From Macrostomum lignano (taxonomy: Eukaryota), in NCBI GenBank assembly GCA_002269645.1, contig NIVC01002422.1:111256-175255 (forward strand): 64,000 nt of DNA, read 5' to 3'. Below, piece after piece: positions 61,323 through 64,000 of the stretch (within the stretch, counting starts at the first letter, position 1; every line of letters begins with the position of its first letter). The notes beneath the pieces were generated by a model. That model ran no database searches, had not been told where the DNA came from, and saw only the letters and a list, made by a program, of their open reading frames with translations. Position numbers and translations under genes: made by a program.

Positions 61323-64000
61323 TTGACTCAACAGTCGCACAACAGAAACTCGGCGGTGCTGCCGCCACCAGCCTCGGTTGACGCCCTGGTGAACTCCGTG
61401 TGCCAGACGGCCTGCTCCGGCGCCTACAGGCATCCGCAGCTGCATGGTCACGTGGCCTACGGCACCGCCGGCTTCCGGATGCGAGCGGACGCGGGCCAAA
61501 TGGACTACATCATGTTTCGCATGGGAGTGCTGGCCGCTCTGAGGTCGCGATCTCTGCACGGGCAAGCATCGGCGTGATGGTGACGGCCAGCCACAATCCC
61601 GAGCATGACAACGGCGTCAAACTGGTCGAGCCCAATGGCGACATGCTGCCGGTTGAATGGGAGCCGATCGCCAGCGGACTGGTGAACGCGTTAGACACCG
61701 AGCTGAGGAATCATCTTCACGTGCTGTTGAGCACTCTGCACGATAGCGAATTCATAACCACGGCTCAGTTTGTTGCTAGGTAGGCTTTTCCTCACTCAGC
61801 ACATTTGCGTGTAAGCTACTATTCAGTTCAGTAGTAAGTAAAACAGAAGCAATTTCAAATATTTTTAAACACAATTGGCTCTTTATTGGCTCTTAAGCTT
61901 AAACCCTCCCCCATTGCGCCTTTCCGAACAAAACCTCAACCCCGCCGCCCGGCCGCCCAATTTTTTTTGCTTTTCTCGGTGGTTTCAGCCTAAAGCTGTC
62001 ATGTACATTCACAGTGGCGCTGGCTAATGTACTTTACAATTGCGCCTTGAATTCTTCCTCGCTACTGTACTGGAAGTAGTGAGCAGTTTTACTAAGTATA
62101 TATGCCTGAGTAAGCTTGGGTGTGGCCCCAATTGGGCCAAATGTGCAACCGACAGCTCAGCCGCAGCTATTGCGCGGCGCATCTGAAGGTTGCGTACGGC
62201 TGTTCAGTCCTAGGACTGGGGGTCGCCACAGGCACCTTCAATTACCCCAGCTAATGCTGGCACCCATTTTACAGCTGGGTGAACTGAAGCAATGCAGAGT
62301 TAAGTGTCTTGCTCAAGGACACAAATTGCTCCGAATGGGTCGGGAATCGAACCCCGACCTTTCGGTGGTGAGTCCGACGCTCTGACCACTAGGCCAGTAG
62401 GACAGTTAACCAGTTTCACCCTCATCTCTTCCGTCCGTCCAGACGCGGCCGAGTTCTGGTCGGACACGATTCGCGCAAATCCTCGCCCAGCCTGGCCGAG
62501 GCTGTGGCCGCCGGAGTTCGCGCCTGCAATCCGGCCGGCACTGATGAAGCCGATGACGAACAGCTGGCTGTGGCTGAGCAGCTGGGCGTGCTCACAACTC
62601 CGCAGCTGCACTACATTGTGGCCTGCACCAACAACCCGGCTTACGGCCGGCCGAGCCTGTCCGGTTACGCCGAGAAACTGGCCGGCGCTTTTGTCCGACT
62701 GGCCGAGAGAAGGTCGCTAAAGGGCGGCGGCGGCGCCGGTCCTCGCAGCGTTCACATCGACGCCGCTAACGGAGTTGGCGCCGGGGCGCTGGCGCAGTTG
62801 GCGCCGCTTCTTGGCGAGCACCTGCGCCTGGTTGTGCATAATAGCGGCGATGGCGAGCTTAATTATAGGTGACTGCACCGGGCTCACCTTGTATTTTCTA
62901 CCTGCGCTTAATGTCTGTTCGTCCGTCTTTATTGCCTGATTCTTTTTTATTTGTCTGTCTTTTAATATCTGGGTTTGCCTGTCTTTTACGTTTGGTTCTC
63001 TGTCCTTTAATGTGACTGTTTCTTTGTCTTTTATGTGTGACTGTCAGTATTTCATGTGTGCCTGTCAGTATTTCATGAGTAGCTGTCAGTATTTCATGTG
63101 TGACTGTCAGTATTTCATGTGTGACTGTCAGTATTTCATGAGTAGCTGTCAGTATTTCATGAGTAGCTGTCAGTATTTCATGAGTAGCTGTCAGTATTTC
63201 ATGTGTGACTGTCAGTATTTCATGAGTAGCTGTCAGTATTTCATAAGTAGCTGTCAGTATTTCATGAGTAGCTGTCAGTATTTCATGTGTGACTGTCAGT
63301 ATTTCATGTGTGACTGTCAGTATTTCATGTGTGCCTGTCAGTATTTCATGAGTAGCTGTCAGTATTTCATGTGTGACTGTCAGTATTTCATGTGTGACTG
63401 TCAGTATTTCATGTGTGCCTGTCAGTATTTCATGTGTGCCTGTCAGTATTTCATGTGGGACTGTCAGTATTTCATAAGTAGCTGTCAGTATTTCATAAGT
63501 AGCTGTCAGTATTTCATGAGTAGCTGTCAGTATTTCATGAGTAGCTGTCAGTATTTCATGAGTAGCTGTCAGTATTTCATGAGTAGCTGTCAGTATTTCA
63601 TGAGTAGCTGTCAGTATTTCATGTGTGCTGTCAGTATTTCATGTGTGCCTGTCAGTATTTCATGTGTGCCTGTCAGTATTTCATGTGTTACTGTCAGTAT
63701 TTCATGTGTGACTGTCAGTATTTCATGTGTGACTGTCAGTATTTCATGTGTGACTGTCAGTATTTCATGTGTGCCTGTCAGTATTTCATGTGTGACTGTC
63801 AGTATTTCATGTGTGCCTGTCAGTATTTCATGAGTAGCTGTCAAGTATTTCATGTGTGACTGTCAGTATTTCATTGTGCCCCCACCCGCAGGTGCGGCGC
63901 GGACTTCGTCAAAGTGCAGATGCGCTTCCCGGAGGGCCGGGCCTGCCAGTTCGAGCCGGGGGCAGCGCTGGGCTTCGTTCGATGGGCGATGCTGATAGGA
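61323..64000 (+). CDS. PGM3: Phosphoacetylglucosamine mutase (5' part; runs off window)
   Basis: Exons 61323-61779, 62443-62868, 63892->64000. Motifs YGTAGFR, MFRMG, GVMVTASHNP..DNGVK, GHDSR.SS, LTTPQLHY, IDAANGVG, CGADFVK, SFDGDADR (with single-base indels). Start codon not identified. Confidence 0.92.
62118..62398 (-). mobile_element. tRNA-derived SINE in PGM3 intron
   Basis: Minus strand: A box TGGCCTAGTGG, B box GGTTCGATTCC, then CORE-like GTGTCCTTGAGCAAGACACTTAAC and ACCCAGCTGTAAAATGGGTGCC. Confidence 0.8.
63040..63875. repeat. 21-bp minisatellite (CTGTCAGTATTTCATGTGTGA), PGM3 intron
   Basis: Tandem periodicity. Confidence 0.95.

Noticed and set aside
62340-62398. Functional tRNA gene
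   Set aside because: The acceptor stem does not close and the sequence continues into a SINE body shared with 41288-41532.

Overview
Eukaryotic (metazoan) DNA with GC-rich exons and introns packed with minisatellites. The style fits a flatworm such as Macrostomum, but this is inference only. Left half: a tandem segmental duplication (about 14-16.5 kb period) carries two minus-strand copies of a GABA-B-receptor-like class C GPCR. Copy A (343-11681) is a complete 13-exon, ~752-aa gene; copy B (14793-26635) has intact exons 2-13 but a broken exon 1. Middle: a nested mobile-element cluster of BEL/Pao retrotransposon remnants, a nearly intact Crypton-type tyrosine-recombinase element, a TIR MITE and several hairpins. 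Right half: a coiled-coil/CAP-Gly gene (minus), RTEL1 (plus, ~12 exons, C-terminal RING) and the 5' part of PGM3 (plus). Small elements include three copies of an internally deleted IS630-Tc1-mariner element, a hAT MITE and two tRNA-derived SINEs. The most striking structure: two GPCR minisatellite units consist of the exon's last 12-19 nt plus its 5' splice donor, giving arrays of 12-63 tandem donor copies whose number differs between paralogs. Many long ORFs in the track are just stop-free readings of minisatellites. Several conserved exons show single-base indels in short homopolymer runs, probably long-read assembly errors. All exon coordinates were derived by eye.
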